Assembly (NCBI GenBank): GCA_964507625.1
Contig: CAZDPR010000001.1
Coordinates: 81,499-145,498, forward strand
DNA from: an uncultured Candidatus Saccharibacteria bacterium
Lineage (GTDB): Bacteria; Patescibacteriota; Minisyncoccia; Phycocordibacterales; UBA1006
DNA: 64,000 nucleotides
Direction: 5' to 3'
Positions 14,931 to 25,066 of the stretch are shown here, in pieces. Within the stretch, counting starts at the first letter, position 1, and the number at the start of each line of letters is the position of its first letter. Made by a program: the position numbers and the translations under genes. The notes under the pieces were generated by a model. It had not been told where the DNA came from, ran no database searches, and saw only the letters and a program-made list of their open reading frames with translations.

Positions 14931-14957
14931 AAACCTCTCCGACCGGAGAGGTTTTTT
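14931..14957 (+). terminator. Intrinsic terminator AAACCTCTCCGACCGGAGAGGTTTTTT
   Basis: Hairpin plus T-run. Confidence 0.6.
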
Positions 14958-15022
14958 ATTCTATACAAATAATCAAGTAGTGCTATACTATAGTTATTAT
15001 TAGGCAATAATCATATAAATTC

Positions 15023-15337
15023 ATGTTTAATTTTTTCTCAAAGTCAAAAGACTCTACACCAAAATCTATAGAAACAGAAACTACTAACCCATTAGTTTCT
15101 ACAGAACATTCCTCAGAAAATGTTTCAATAGATAGTCAGTGGTATACTCACCTCTTTCCAGATGTGTTAGTTTTGAATTCTCATCAAGCAGAAGAAGCAA
15201 AAAATTTACTCGCTACCATTGAAAATTTACTTCCTGCAGAATATAACAACCTAAAAGAGCGAGCAGTTTCAGAAAAACTTTCTCCAGATGAAATAAAAGC
15301 TGAATTACTCAAATTAAAAGAACAAATTCCTGGATAA
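15023..15337 (+). CDS. Hypothetical protein (104 aa)
   Basis: ORF track. Terminator directly downstream. Confidence 0.35.
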   Translation: MFNFFSKSKDSTPKSIETETTNPLVSTEHSSENVSIDSQWYTHLFPDVLVLNSHQAEEAKNLLATIENLLPAEYNNLKERAVSEKLSPDEIKAELLKLKEQIPG

Positions 15338-15365
15338 CGATAAAAAACCACCTCAGGGTGGTTTT

Positions 15366-15950
15366 TTATCGTTTGGTAATAATTTTATCTACGATTCCGT
15401 ATTTCACTGCTTCTTCTGCTGACATGTAATAGTCTCGATCAGCATCCTTTTCAATTTGAGTAAGTGTTTTCCCGGTATTTTTTGCGAGCATTCTATACAA
15501 TACTTGTTTGGTTTTAAGGATGTGTTCTGCTGCAATTGCAATATCAGAAGCTTGACCTTCGGTTCCACCGAGAGGTTGATGAATCATAACTTCTGAATGA
15601 GGAAGTACGAATCGTTTTCCTTTTGCTCCTGATGATAAAATCATTGCCCCCATTGATGCAGCCATTCCCATACATACCACAGCAACGTCAGGTTTTACAA
15701 AATTCATAGCATCAATAATCGCAAGTCCTGCAGTAACATGTCCACCTGGGGAATTTACATAAATAGTGATATCTTTTTTACTATCTTCGTTTTCAAGGAA
15801 AATAAGCTGGGCAATAATAATGTTTGCAACATCTTCATTAATAGGTCCTGTAAGGAAAATAATTCGGTCTTTTAATAATCGTGAATAAATATCGTACGCA
15901 CGTTCACCCATAGGGGTTTTTTCGAGTACGGTTGGCACTAAGTATGACAT
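15366..15950 (-). CDS. clpP: ATP-dependent Clp protease proteolytic subunit
   Basis: Full-length ClpP signature including the catalytic Ser context GMAASMGA. Adjacent to tig. Confidence 0.9.
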   Translation of the reverse strand: MSYLVPTVLEKTPMGERAYDIYSRLLKDRIIFLTGPINEDVANIIIAQLIFLENEDSKKDITIYVNSPGGHVTAGLAIIDAMNFVKPDVAVVCMGMAASMGAMILSSGAKGKRFVLPHSEVMIHQPLGGTEGQASDIAIAAEHILKTKQVLYRMLAKNTGKTLTQIEKDADRDYYMSAEEAVKYGIVDKIITKR

Positions 15951-16082
15951 AATAATTTCTTTAATTACAATAATTGTTTATAAACAAAGGTGATTTCAAA
16001 ATTTTCGTTTCAGTTTTTCAGAGGTTCACCTATCGCGACTCTAGCATATTTTACAAAAAAATAAAACAACCGTACGGTTGTT

Positions 16083-17147
16083 TTATTTTTGTGCATCAAG
16101 CCAATCAAACACGGCGGTATTGGTCATCATTTGGGTCACATAAGCAACAATATTTGATTCATCTGCTTGCCCTTGATACATTTCTTTTAATTGATTCACT
16201 TGCTCATTAATTTTTTCTTGATCAGGTTTGATAGAAAATTCTTCTGCAATTTTTTCAAGTGATAATTGAGTTTGCACACGTTTTTTAGCTTGCTCTTTCC
16301 ATTCAGTTCGGATATCTGCAATCGTTTTTCCAATATGTCCGAGATATTCATCTATTTTCATTCCAGACATTGCGAGATCGTGTTTAAATTGCTCTATCAT
16401 ACGATCAAGTTCAAAATCAATCATACTCACCGGAATATCAAATGTTCCTTCTGCAATAATTGATTCAATAAGAGCAATTTGTTTTTTTTCTTTTGCTCCG
16501 CGTTCTTTTTCTTTTATCAGATTTTCTTTAAATTTTGCAGTAAAATCTTCTACTGACGCAAAATCTCCAAATGTTTTTATGAATACATCATCTAATGCGG
16601 GGAGTTGATCATCAGGAATATTTTGATGGTTATGGTCATGATGATCTATTCCTTCTTCATGCATTTTATCATGAGCACGCATTTGACGAATTTCTTTGAT
16701 TGCTCGCTCGAGTTCTTCATCAGTTACGGTAATATCAATTTTTTCAGCATTATGTTTTTGAGCTAATTCTTTTACTCGAGCAATTTTTACTGTTGGTAGT
16801 ACATCGCTGGTAATGATAAATTCAACATCATTTTCTGGAGCCAGTTTTCCAAGAGTAATATCGGGTCGTCCAATAGGCTGAGTTTTTGATTCGATAATAA
16901 TTTCTGAATATTTGTCAGTAAGCGCTAGATCTGCCATTTCTGCTAAAAGTCCAAGTGTTCCAACTTTTTCTCGGAGCACTGATTCAGGAATGTGACCTGG
17001 TCGAAAACCATCAATTTTTACAGTTTCTCCTAATTTTTTCAGAGCTGCTTCTTGGTAATCAGTAATTATTTCATAGGGAATAATTGCTTTTATTTCGACT
17101 CGACTCTCTGGGAGATTGGTTACTGTGGTGATTATTTTTTTACTCAT
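16083..17147 (-). CDS. tig: Trigger factor (start at MSKKIITTV)
   Basis: N-terminal ribosome-binding signature GFRPGHIPESVLREKVG and PPIase region. Conserved tig-clpP synteny. Confidence 0.8.
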   Translation of the reverse strand: MSKKIITTVTNLPESRVEIKAIIPYEIITDYQEAALKKLGETVKIDGFRPGHIPESVLREKVGTLGLLAEMADLALTDKYSEIIIESKTQPIGRPDITLGKLAPENDVEFIITSDVLPTVKIARVKELAQKHNAEKIDITVTDEELERAIKEIRQMRAHDKMHEEGIDHHDHNHQNIPDDQLPALDDVFIKTFGDFASVEDFTAKFKENLIKEKERGAKEKKQIALIESIIAEGTFDIPVSMIDFELDRMIEQFKHDLAMSGMKIDEYLGHIGKTIADIRTEWKEQAKKRVQTQLSLEKIAEEFSIKPDQEKINEQVNQLKEMYQGQADESNIVAYVTQMMTNTAVFDWLDAQK

Positions 17148-17259
17148 ACGGTGCACTCTACCAGAAAAAAATGAAATAATCAATGTAGAGAGCATCTTGT
17201 GTTACCAGAAAAAAATTCGTATAATAGAATTATTATTCGCTAGTAATTAATTAACTATT

Positions 17260-17712
17260 ATGATAATACATCGATTGAATCGTTGGTGTTCAAAAATTCC
17301 TGGAACATTTATTCTCAGACTCACATTGGGGGGAGTATTTCTATTTCATGGAGTTACAAAATTAATGGATATGGAATCGACCATTGCCTTTTTTGGGACA
17401 ATTGGGATTTCTGCATTATTTACCTGGATCGTTGCTTTAGTGGAAACGATAGGTGGTGCATTAATTATTCTAGGTATTAAGGTTCGGTTTGCTGCGATAC
17501 TTCTCGCAATTATTATGGCGTATGTTATTTTGTTTGTAAAAAACGGACAAGGTTTTTATGCAATGGAATTAGATATCGTCCTTTTAGGACTTTCGCTGGG
17601 AATGGTATCTTTGGGTTGTGGTAGATATAGTATGTGTTCTGTAGGACATAAAAATTGTTCTGATTGTAGTATGGATGCTAATTGCGAATGTAATTGTAGT
17701 AAAAATAAATAA
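17260..17712 (+). CDS. DoxX-family membrane protein with a Cys-rich C-terminal tail
   Basis: RLTLGGVFLFHGVTKL motif and four TM segments. Confidence 0.55.
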   Translation: MIIHRLNRWCSKIPGTFILRLTLGGVFLFHGVTKLMDMESTIAFFGTIGISALFTWIVALVETIGGALIILGIKVRFAAILLAIIMAYVILFVKNGQGFYAMELDIVLLGLSLGMVSLGCGRYSMCSVGHKNCSDCSMDANCECNCSKNK

Positions 17713-17745
17713 CAAAAAACATCCTGAGTTCAGGATGTTTTTTGT
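17713..17745. terminator. Bidirectional terminator AAAAAACATCCTGAGTTCAGGATGTTTTTTG
   Basis: Hairpin plus A/T runs. Confidence 0.6.
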
Positions 17746-18278
17746 TATTGAAATGTTACCAGTATTGTTGCAGTTGTTTCTGATACTGGAATACTACTTT
17801 CCCCACCTGATGGATCATCACGTGTAAATACAATTTTTCCTGGTCCAGTGTAAGAGAGTGTTTCCGGGAGAGTAATTGTAAACGGAATAATATTAGAGGT
17901 CATCCAGTCTTCTGATGAGGTAGCGAGAACTGTTGCAAACACAACATTGTTGGCGTCTACTAAATCAACTGGGAAACTTCCTTCGAAAAACCAAAATCCT
18001 GGAACTGAACCATTAATCACTTGCTCGGCATTTACTGTTTCGTTTTGATTAACTGAAACAGTAAATGTTTCCGGGTTTACAGGAAAGGTTTCTAATTGAT
18101 TGTTTTGGGATACGTTTTCTTCGAATGATAATTGTTCTGAAGACGGCGCAGGGTAACTAATAATAAGACCAAAAAGAACAATAGCAATAATTATAATTAT
18201 AATACTTCCAATTGTGGTTATTTTTGACGATGTTTCATGCATACGATAAAAGTATACCATAGTATAAAAGCCCAGCAA
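17745..18278 (-). CDS. Hypothetical membrane-anchored extracellular protein
   Basis: ORF track. Single N-terminal TM segment (IGSIIIIIIAIVLFGLIISYP). Confidence 0.4.
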   Translation of the reverse strand: MLGFYTMVYFYRMHETSSKITTIGSIIIIIIAIVLFGLIISYPAPSSEQLSFEENVSQNNQLETFPVNPETFTVSVNQNETVNAEQVINGSVPGFWFFEGSFPVDLVDANNVVFATVLATSSEDWMTSNIIPFTITLPETLSYTGPGKIVFTRDDPSGGESSIPVSETTATILVTFQ

Positions 18279-18293
18279 CGGGCAATATATACA

Positions 18294-18830
18294 CTATTTT
18301 CCAAATTTTTGGTTATAAAGTTCTATTGATTTTTCAACCGCCTTGATTGCATCGAATCGTCCTTTAATAGCTTTGATTTCAACAATATTTTCTTTTCCTT
18401 TGAGCTCTTTGTAGGTTTCAAAAAAGTGGACCCATTCTTTAACATTATGTTTATTAAGGTGTTCTAAATCAGTTACATCATCCCATCGTTTATCATCAAC
18501 GGGGACTGCGATGACTTTAAAATCTGATTCACCGCCATCAATCATTTCCATCACTGCAACTGGTCGAACGCGTACTAAAATTCCAGTAGCTAACGGGAAT
18601 GTAGAAGGGATAATAATATCGAGCGCATCTCCATCTTCCCACAATGTTTGAGGAACAAAACCGTAATCAAACGGGTAGGGTGCAGAACTGTAGTTTGCAC
18701 GATCTAATGCAATGAGACCTGTTTCTTTATCAATTTCGTACTTATTAGGAGATCCTTTTGGGATTTCAACAATACAGTTTATTTCTTCGGGAATGTTATT
18801 TCCCCGAGATATATCGTGCCATAAATTCAT
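18294..18830 (-). CDS. ppa: Inorganic pyrophosphatase, family I
   Basis: DGDALDIII motif (corresponding to DGDPLDVLV) and overall colinearity. Confidence 0.85.
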   Translation of the reverse strand: MNLWHDISRGNNIPEEINCIVEIPKGSPNKYEIDKETGLIALDRANYSSAPYPFDYGFVPQTLWEDGDALDIIIPSTFPLATGILVRVRPVAVMEMIDGGESDFKVIAVPVDDKRWDDVTDLEHLNKHNVKEWVHFFETYKELKGKENIVEIKAIKGRFDAIKAVEKSIELYNQKFGK

Positions 18831-18859
18831 ATAAATGCATTTCAGGTTAACTTGTAAAA

Positions 18860-20107
18860 TTATTCTTCTTCTGAATACTCATCAGTGTTTAATGCTGATT
18901 CATTTTGAACGAGATCTGCGAGTGCAATAAAAGATTCTTCATCTGCAATAGGAGTTCCATCAGCTTGAACTTCTTCTCCTTGGATTCCTTTAATATCTAT
19001 TTTCCAATTTGTTAATCGTGCAGCTAACCGTACATTTTGTCCACTTTTTCCAATAGCTAAAGAAAGTTGATTTTCTGCTACCTCAACACGTGCAATATGA
19101 TCCTCTTCATTTATTTCAAGAGCAATTACTTTTGCTGGCGCGAGTGCGTTCGCAATAAATTCACGTGCGTCTGGTGACCAGGGAACAATATCGATATTTT
19201 CACCAGAAAGTTCTTCTTTTACAGTCTGTACACGAACTCCTCGTTGCCCAACACATGCTCCGATTGGGTCTACATTATCATCATGTGACCACACGGCGAT
19301 TTTTGATCGGGAACCTGGTTCTCGGGCAACTGATTTTATTTCAACAATTCCCGAAGCAACTTCAGGAGATTCTTGTTTAAAAAGTTCAACTACCATTTGA
19401 GGGTGTTTACGAGATAGTCGTAAGGTAATTCCTCGAGAACTTTCATCAATTTCATAAAGATATGCTTTTATGCGTTCTCCAACCTGAAATGTTTCTCCTT
19501 GGATTTGTTCAGAAGTATGAAGAATTCCGGTTGCTTTATTAAATTCGATATAGATATTTCCTCGTTCGATAGTTTGAATAATACCACTCACCAATGTTCC
19601 TTTACGGTCTTGATATTCATGAGCAATTACTCCTTTTTCCGCTTCTCGGAGTCGTTGCATAATTACTTGTTTCGCAGTTTGTGCAGCAATACGGCCAAAT
19701 TCTTTATCAGGTTGTTCCAGGGGGAATATTAATTCTTCACCAATGACCACGTCTGTTTTTATACGTCGAGCATCATTAATGTATAAGTGTTTTTCCTCAT
19801 CAAAACGAGGAAGAACTTCTTCACCTTCTATTGGTTCTGGATCGGTAACACCAGCTTCAATTTCTTCTGCGGTGAGCGCTGGTCGTACCATAGTTTCGTC
19901 AACAACAATTTTAACTTGATAAAATTCAGTGTCTCCTGTTTCCAAGTTAAAATGAGAACGAATAATTTGCCCTCGTTGTCCATAATCTCGTTTATAAGCA
20001 GCAGCAAGTGACTGCTCAATTGCTTCAATAATGGTTGCTTGGGGAATTTTTTTTTCAACCTCGATTTGTTCGAGTGTTGATTTTAATATTTTGAGATCAA
20101 AAAACAT
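18860..20107 (-). CDS. nusA: Transcription termination/antitermination factor NusA
   Basis: N-terminal domain, S1 domain and two KH domains in order. Confidence 0.85.
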   Translation of the reverse strand: MFFDLKILKSTLEQIEVEKKIPQATIIEAIEQSLAAAYKRDYGQRGQIIRSHFNLETGDTEFYQVKIVVDETMVRPALTAEEIEAGVTDPEPIEGEEVLPRFDEEKHLYINDARRIKTDVVIGEELIFPLEQPDKEFGRIAAQTAKQVIMQRLREAEKGVIAHEYQDRKGTLVSGIIQTIERGNIYIEFNKATGILHTSEQIQGETFQVGERIKAYLYEIDESSRGITLRLSRKHPQMVVELFKQESPEVASGIVEIKSVAREPGSRSKIAVWSHDDNVDPIGACVGQRGVRVQTVKEELSGENIDIVPWSPDAREFIANALAPAKVIALEINEEDHIARVEVAENQLSLAIGKSGQNVRLAARLTNWKIDIKGIQGEEVQADGTPIADEESFIALADLVQNESALNTDEYSEEE

Positions 20108-20275
20108 ATTTAATTATGAGTATTAATTTGTGATAATAAAAGCTCTCGGAAAAATGAGAGCTGAGATGAGTATAGCATACTTGTGGATAACTCGCAAAAA
20201 AATATTGCAGGTATTTTTTTTACTATGTTACAATGGAACTATTATTCTGTTAATTAATTTTTTTAAATTTTTTCT

Positions 20276-20617
20276 ATGAAATGGAGTGAAATTCGTACGA
20301 ACGTAAAAGAATCCGTTCGGAAAGTTGCAGAAATGCCACATCAAGTGCGTGAATCAGGGGATCTTCCTGTACAAGGAGTTGCTCAAGAGAAACAGCGTCG
20401 ATTTATGATTATTTCAGGAATATTTTTAGTGATTATTATCTCTGCAATTGTTTTATTTTTATTATTAAACAACCGTGAACAAGATCAAATATTTATTAAT
20501 CAAGAGCAAGTTCAGGTTGTAGAAAGTTTTCTTGAAGAAAACCCGCCAACTTCAGTAGTACCAGATCAGGAATTATTTCTCCAGGAACTCCTTATGTCTG
20601 ATTTTTCCCCTGAATAA
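20276..20617 (+). CDS. Hypothetical single-pass membrane protein
   Basis: ORF track. One TM segment. Confidence 0.35.
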   Translation: MKWSEIRTNVKESVRKVAEMPHQVRESGDLPVQGVAQEKQRRFMIISGIFLVIIISAIVLFLLLNNREQDQIFINQEQVQVVESFLEENPPTSVVPDQELFLQELLMSDFSPE

Positions 20618-20632
20618 TTTTCCATATTTCGT

Positions 20633-21757
20633 ATGAAAAAAATATCACTTTCAATTATTGGGTTAGGTATATTCGTAGCAACTATCATTATTCCTATGAT
20701 GGCTTTTGGTAATGAAAGTAATGTAACTGGCTGGGCATGGGCGTATATGCCAGATTATAATGACGAAAAATTCCCACCTGTAAATGATCGATGCAAACCA
20801 GTTCCTGATGATATTGATAAAAACCGTGAAGGTTGTGGACAGGGATTAGGATGGATTAAATTAAACAGTACTAATTACGGTGTTACCTTAAATAGTACCA
20901 CCGGATTGTTTGGTGGATATGGATGGAACAGTTGGGGAGGTGGTACTGGATCATATCTTAATTTTTCTGGTGCACGAGTAGATCCTGCATGTTTAGCATC
21001 TACTGCATCATGTCCTATTACCGGGAAAATTCAATTCACGAATACTGGTCCTGGTTGGGATGGATTAGTGAGTATGCAGGGTACTAATTATGGGGTAGTG
21101 CTCCAATCACCAGATACAAATGGTGTTCGAAAAATGACTGGATATGCATGGGGTGATCATGTCGCTGGCTGGATTGGGTTTAATGCAACAGTAACTGTTA
21201 CTATTCCTCCGGTACAGTGTACAAATATTCCTGGTTGGACCAGTTCGAGTCTTCCAACAGTAGGGGCTCCAAATATTATTTGGACTTCGGATAATAATCA
21301 ATGTATTCCTAATGCTTGTAAAGATGATAAAGCAAAAAATTATTATGCACCTAATACTGTCACGGTTTTAGAAACATCTCTTACTATTCGATCTAATAAT
21401 GGTTTGTGTGATTACGATAATTCAGGAGGTGATGATTACTGCTCAAACCTTAAGGGTATTCAAACAGAACTTCCTCCAAATAGAGGAGGTGTTGAGTGGA
21501 AATCAGAAACTTCTGGTCCTAAGAAATTATGTATCCCTATGGTATGCAAAGAAAGTTTTTTAATTGGCACTCTCTACAAAGGAGACCCAGCTCCGGAAGG
21601 TGAGGTGGTATATGAAAGCAATGGAAAATCTTGTGGAACTATAACAGTATGTGAGCCACCTAATGAAATAGATAGTCAAGGTAAGTGTTGTCAACCAGGA
21701 AGGAAAAACCCTATTACGAATATCTGTTTACCTGGTTATACCGTAGATGAAGTTTAG
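20633..21757 (+). CDS. Secreted Cys-rich hypothetical protein
   Basis: Signal peptide. Many Cys and Trp/Gly-rich segments. Confidence 0.45.
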   Translation: MKKISLSIIGLGIFVATIIIPMMAFGNESNVTGWAWAYMPDYNDEKFPPVNDRCKPVPDDIDKNREGCGQGLGWIKLNSTNYGVTLNSTTGLFGGYGWNSWGGGTGSYLNFSGARVDPACLASTASCPITGKIQFTNTGPGWDGLVSMQGTNYGVVLQSPDTNGVRKMTGYAWGDHVAGWIGFNATVTVTIPPVQCTNIPGWTSSSLPTVGAPNIIWTSDNNQCIPNACKDDKAKNYYAPNTVTVLETSLTIRSNNGLCDYDNSGGDDYCSNLKGIQTELPPNRGGVEWKSETSGPKKLCIPMVCKESFLIGTLYKGDPAPEGEVVYESNGKSCGTITVCEPPNEIDSQGKCCQPGRKNPITNICLPGYTVDEV

Positions 21758-21771
21758 TAACTTATCAAATT

Positions 21772-22479
21772 ATGAAAACAAACATTTTTAATTTCATACT
21801 CATCGGAACACTCCTAATGACAGGGGTTGTTTCTGCGTTTGAGGAACCATTATTTTTACCTGGGGCAACAGGACCGAGCCCAATTGATACTGGTGCAACT
21901 ACACAGATAAAACAAGGTAATTTTTGGGCGCGATCATTAAAAGCCGGTTTTAATCAGGTTCGCGCAGAACTCCCGGCAATACTTTCAGGTTTTATTATTG
22001 CTGATACGCGTGCAGTAGCACCATATGGATATTTTATAACAGCGGTCCTTCCAGGAAATAGTGGTCAGTTTCTTTCTCAGTTACGATTAGGGTCTCCGGT
22101 AAATAATTTATTTAATGCAGTTTTCACAAATCGTGCCCCTGCAACATTGGATTTAGTAGGTCGTGGTAGCGCTGGATCACAAAAATCTCGTGATGCAGTT
22201 GCTTTTCTTGCAGACCCTGCGGTTTGTACTGAACATGTAAACATGATCACCAATACCCCCGCATTTCATTTTTGGAGTGATTATAATAGTGATTCTGCAG
22301 ATATTTTGGCACGACAGATTCAATTGTCAGGAGGTAATCCTGGAGCAGGAAAAGTATTACTATCGGTTGATAATCAAGGAAATGCAACCTGGGGAACAGT
22401 AATAGTTGATTCATTAGGAAATCCTCAGTACCAAAAAAGTTCATCAATTGTAGCGACAGGTCAAACACTCTGTCCATAA
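21772..22479 (+). CDS. Secreted paralog family member A (signal peptide MKTNIFNFILIGTLLMTGVVSA)
   Basis: Shares its 5' ~80 bp and the conserved block ADILARQIQLSGGNPGAGKVLLSVDNQGNATWGT with the next two genes. Confidence 0.55.
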   Translation: MKTNIFNFILIGTLLMTGVVSAFEEPLFLPGATGPSPIDTGATTQIKQGNFWARSLKAGFNQVRAELPAILSGFIIADTRAVAPYGYFITAVLPGNSGQFLSQLRLGSPVNNLFNAVFTNRAPATLDLVGRGSAGSQKSRDAVAFLADPAVCTEHVNMITNTPAFHFWSDYNSDSADILARQIQLSGGNPGAGKVLLSVDNQGNATWGTVIVDSLGNPQYQKSSSIVATGQTLCP

Positions 22480-22485
22480 TGTATT

Positions 22486-23445
22486 ATGAAAACAAATATT
22501 TTTAATTTCATACTCATCGGAACACTCCTGACTACAGGGGTTGTTTCTGCGTATCAGCAACCACCATTTAACCCGCCGTCTGGAAATGTTGATTCCATAG
22601 TACAAAGTGGTCAAGCAGAACAAAAAAAACAGGGAGATTTATGGGCAAAAACTCTTAAGACTGGATTTAATACTATTTCAGGCGGTTCAGTAAGCTTATT
22701 AGGATATGTAATTGGTGATGTGTTAGGAATCACAAAAAATTCTTTTTTTACCCAATTAGTATTACCTGGTAGCAGTTCACAGTTGCGTATCGGTAATAAT
22801 GGAGGATCAATTGATACTAATAAAAAACTTTATGATTATGTATTTAATAGAAAAACAGAACTTGAAACATTGCTACAAAACAATCGAGCACCGCTCACAG
22901 TAGATCTTTCAGGTCGTGGCGCACAGGGAACAGATGCATCGCGTAATGCTGCAGCACTTTTCTCTAACAAGACAAATATTTGTACGACTAACACTACGAT
23001 TGTAGCAGCGAACACTCCCGCGGTTCGATTCGCAAGTGACTATAGAGACCAAACAACCGCAGATATTCTAGCCCGACAGATTCGATTAAAAGGAGGTAAT
23101 CCAGGAGAAAATAAAGTATTGGTTGCGGTAGATAACCAAGGAAATGCAACTTGGGGAACATTAGTATTTACACCAGTATTTGGAAATGAAATTGGTAGCG
23201 CCTGTGTTGATAATCCAGATTATGTAGGTCCTCCAAATCAAACAGCCTGTGGTGCACTTGGTGACGGGAGTGATTGTCCTCCATGTAACACTCTAAGTCA
23301 ATCAGTTTGTGGTATGGGAATTATGAATCATTGTCGTTGGGAAATTTCAAGAAGTTCAGGATCAGGAACTACGGTAGTTGGTATGAACGTTACCGTACAA
23401 TATGATCAATCCCCAGTAAAAATTTCACAAGCTATGTGTAATTAA
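22486..23445 (+). CDS. Secreted paralog family member B
   Basis: Same signal peptide and conserved blocks (ADILARQIRLKGGNPGENKVLVAVDNQGNATWGT). Confidence 0.55.
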   Translation: MKTNIFNFILIGTLLTTGVVSAYQQPPFNPPSGNVDSIVQSGQAEQKKQGDLWAKTLKTGFNTISGGSVSLLGYVIGDVLGITKNSFFTQLVLPGSSSQLRIGNNGGSIDTNKKLYDYVFNRKTELETLLQNNRAPLTVDLSGRGAQGTDASRNAAALFSNKTNICTTNTTIVAANTPAVRFASDYRDQTTADILARQIRLKGGNPGENKVLVAVDNQGNATWGTLVFTPVFGNEIGSACVDNPDYVGPPNQTACGALGDGSDCPPCNTLSQSVCGMGIMNHCRWEISRSSGSGTTVVGMNVTVQYDQSPVKISQAMCN

Positions 23446-23455
23446 TATGTGTATT

Positions 23456-25015
23456 ATGAAAACAAACATTTTTAATTTCATACTCATCGGAACACTCCTA
23501 ATGACAGGGGTTGTTTCTGCGTTTGAAGAACCATCAGCTGGTTTTCCAAAAGGTGAGGCAAATGCCCCGGTACATATCGGTTCTGTGCAACAGGCAAAAT
23601 CAGGTGAATTTTGGTCTCGTATTATGAAATCCGGACTATCTATAGTACTACCTTCATCTGCTGATGTGGTTGCAGGATTTTTTGCAGCTGATGAAGCACT
23701 GGTTTCACCTCAAGGATTTTTCACACGAATATTATTACCAGGCAATAAATCATTTTTACGGGTAGGAACTATAACAAATGGTCTCTATCAATCCCCTGCA
23801 TCACAAATCGCACCGTTTATGGTTGATCTTTCAGGGCGAGGTACCCAGGGATCTAATACCTCTCGTGATACTTTAGCAATTATGGCAGATTCTGCAGTTT
23901 GTACTCCACATGTGAATTTTATTACCAATACCCCTGCATTTAAATTAGTGAGCAATGTTAACAATGGAGGGAGTGCAGATATTTTGGCACGACAGATTCA
24001 ATTGTCAGGAGGTAATCCAGCACCAGGAAAAGTCCTCGTTTCTTTTGATGGGCAAGGGAATGCAGTTTGGGGAACTCCTAAAATGGTTAAAAATGGAAAT
24101 AATTGGGTTCTATCATTTGATTACAGCGAATCACCAGTTTTTGTCGGACAGAATATTTGTCAGGCCCCAGATGTGTGTCCAAACATTCCAGGTCTTCAAA
24201 CAACAGTACCAGCAGGATATAGTCTCCAAAATGGTCAGTGTATTCAGGATCCAGTTGATGTATGTCCAAATATTGACGGACTTCAAACCACTGTACCGTC
24301 TGGTTACATTCTCCAAAATGGTTTGTGTGTTCGAGAACCAAAAGGTTATTGGGAGCCTGTTACCCAAAACTTAAAAAATATAAATTGGTCTACTGGCCCT
24401 AACTTAGTCTATGCTCCAAAGAATTTTCAAGAATGTGCAGAATATTTGAAATCAGTAGGTGGATATGATCATCCATTGCGTGTTTCTCGATATACAAATA
24501 ACTATGCCAATATTGGTACGCTTAGTAAAAATATGAACTCCCGTGAACTTATGCTTCCTTTGGGAGGAGGAAATACAATTGCGACAAATAATATTGTAAC
24601 AAGTAGTACATCAACACTTAATAATTCACCTGAAGGATTTTGTCTCTATCGTGCCCAGGTGGTTTATACTCCAGGAGATCCGGCAAAACCAAATAATCCT
24701 ATTCCAGTAAATGGAATCTGGGACTCTGCAGTTCCAACAGTTGATTTTAATTCATATTGGAAAGTCGAATGTTTAGTTCTCCCTGTTGGGGAAAAACCTC
24801 CAACGAATGAAAAATGGTCTGATACAACATGGTGGATTAAAAATACCAATCAACCAAATAAGATAAAACAATGGAGGCCTTCAATTAGTTGTACTCCTAT
24901 TGATAAGGTACAAGGCGGGTTTTGTTCAGGAAATCCTCCACTGATGAATCCTTCTATGTGTGCAATTACTCCAAGAGAGAATCCATACCAACTTCAATAT
25001 TATCGAGAAGAATAG
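23456..25015 (+). CDS. Secreted paralog family member C, with a C-terminal Cys-rich extension and an internal tandem duplication (CPNIPGLQTTVPAGYSLQNGQC / CPNIDGLQTTVPSGYILQNGLC)
   Basis: Same signal peptide and blocks. Start moved to MKTN. Confidence 0.55.
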   Translation: MKTNIFNFILIGTLLMTGVVSAFEEPSAGFPKGEANAPVHIGSVQQAKSGEFWSRIMKSGLSIVLPSSADVVAGFFAADEALVSPQGFFTRILLPGNKSFLRVGTITNGLYQSPASQIAPFMVDLSGRGTQGSNTSRDTLAIMADSAVCTPHVNFITNTPAFKLVSNVNNGGSADILARQIQLSGGNPAPGKVLVSFDGQGNAVWGTPKMVKNGNNWVLSFDYSESPVFVGQNICQAPDVCPNIPGLQTTVPAGYSLQNGQCIQDPVDVCPNIDGLQTTVPSGYILQNGLCVREPKGYWEPVTQNLKNINWSTGPNLVYAPKNFQECAEYLKSVGGYDHPLRVSRYTNNYANIGTLSKNMNSRELMLPLGGGNTIATNNIVTSSTSTLNNSPEGFCLYRAQVVYTPGDPAKPNNPIPVNGIWDSAVPTVDFNSYWKVECLVLPVGEKPPTNEKWSDTTWWIKNTNQPNKIKQWRPSISCTPIDKVQGGFCSGNPPLMNPSMCAITPRENPYQLQYYREE

Positions 25016-25046
25016 TAAAAAAAAACCGCACCCGCGGTTTTTTGTT
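25016..25046 (+). terminator. Intrinsic terminator AAAAAACCGCACCCGCGGTTTTTTG
   Basis: Hairpin plus T-run. Confidence 0.6.
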
Positions 25047-25066
25047 TTATGTTATACTGTTAACAT

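Noticed and set aside
24087-24374. Overlapping ORFs (139, 84, 78 aa) within paralog C
   Set aside because: Alternative-frame shadows of the internal tandem duplication in a signal-peptide-bearing, family-supported gene.
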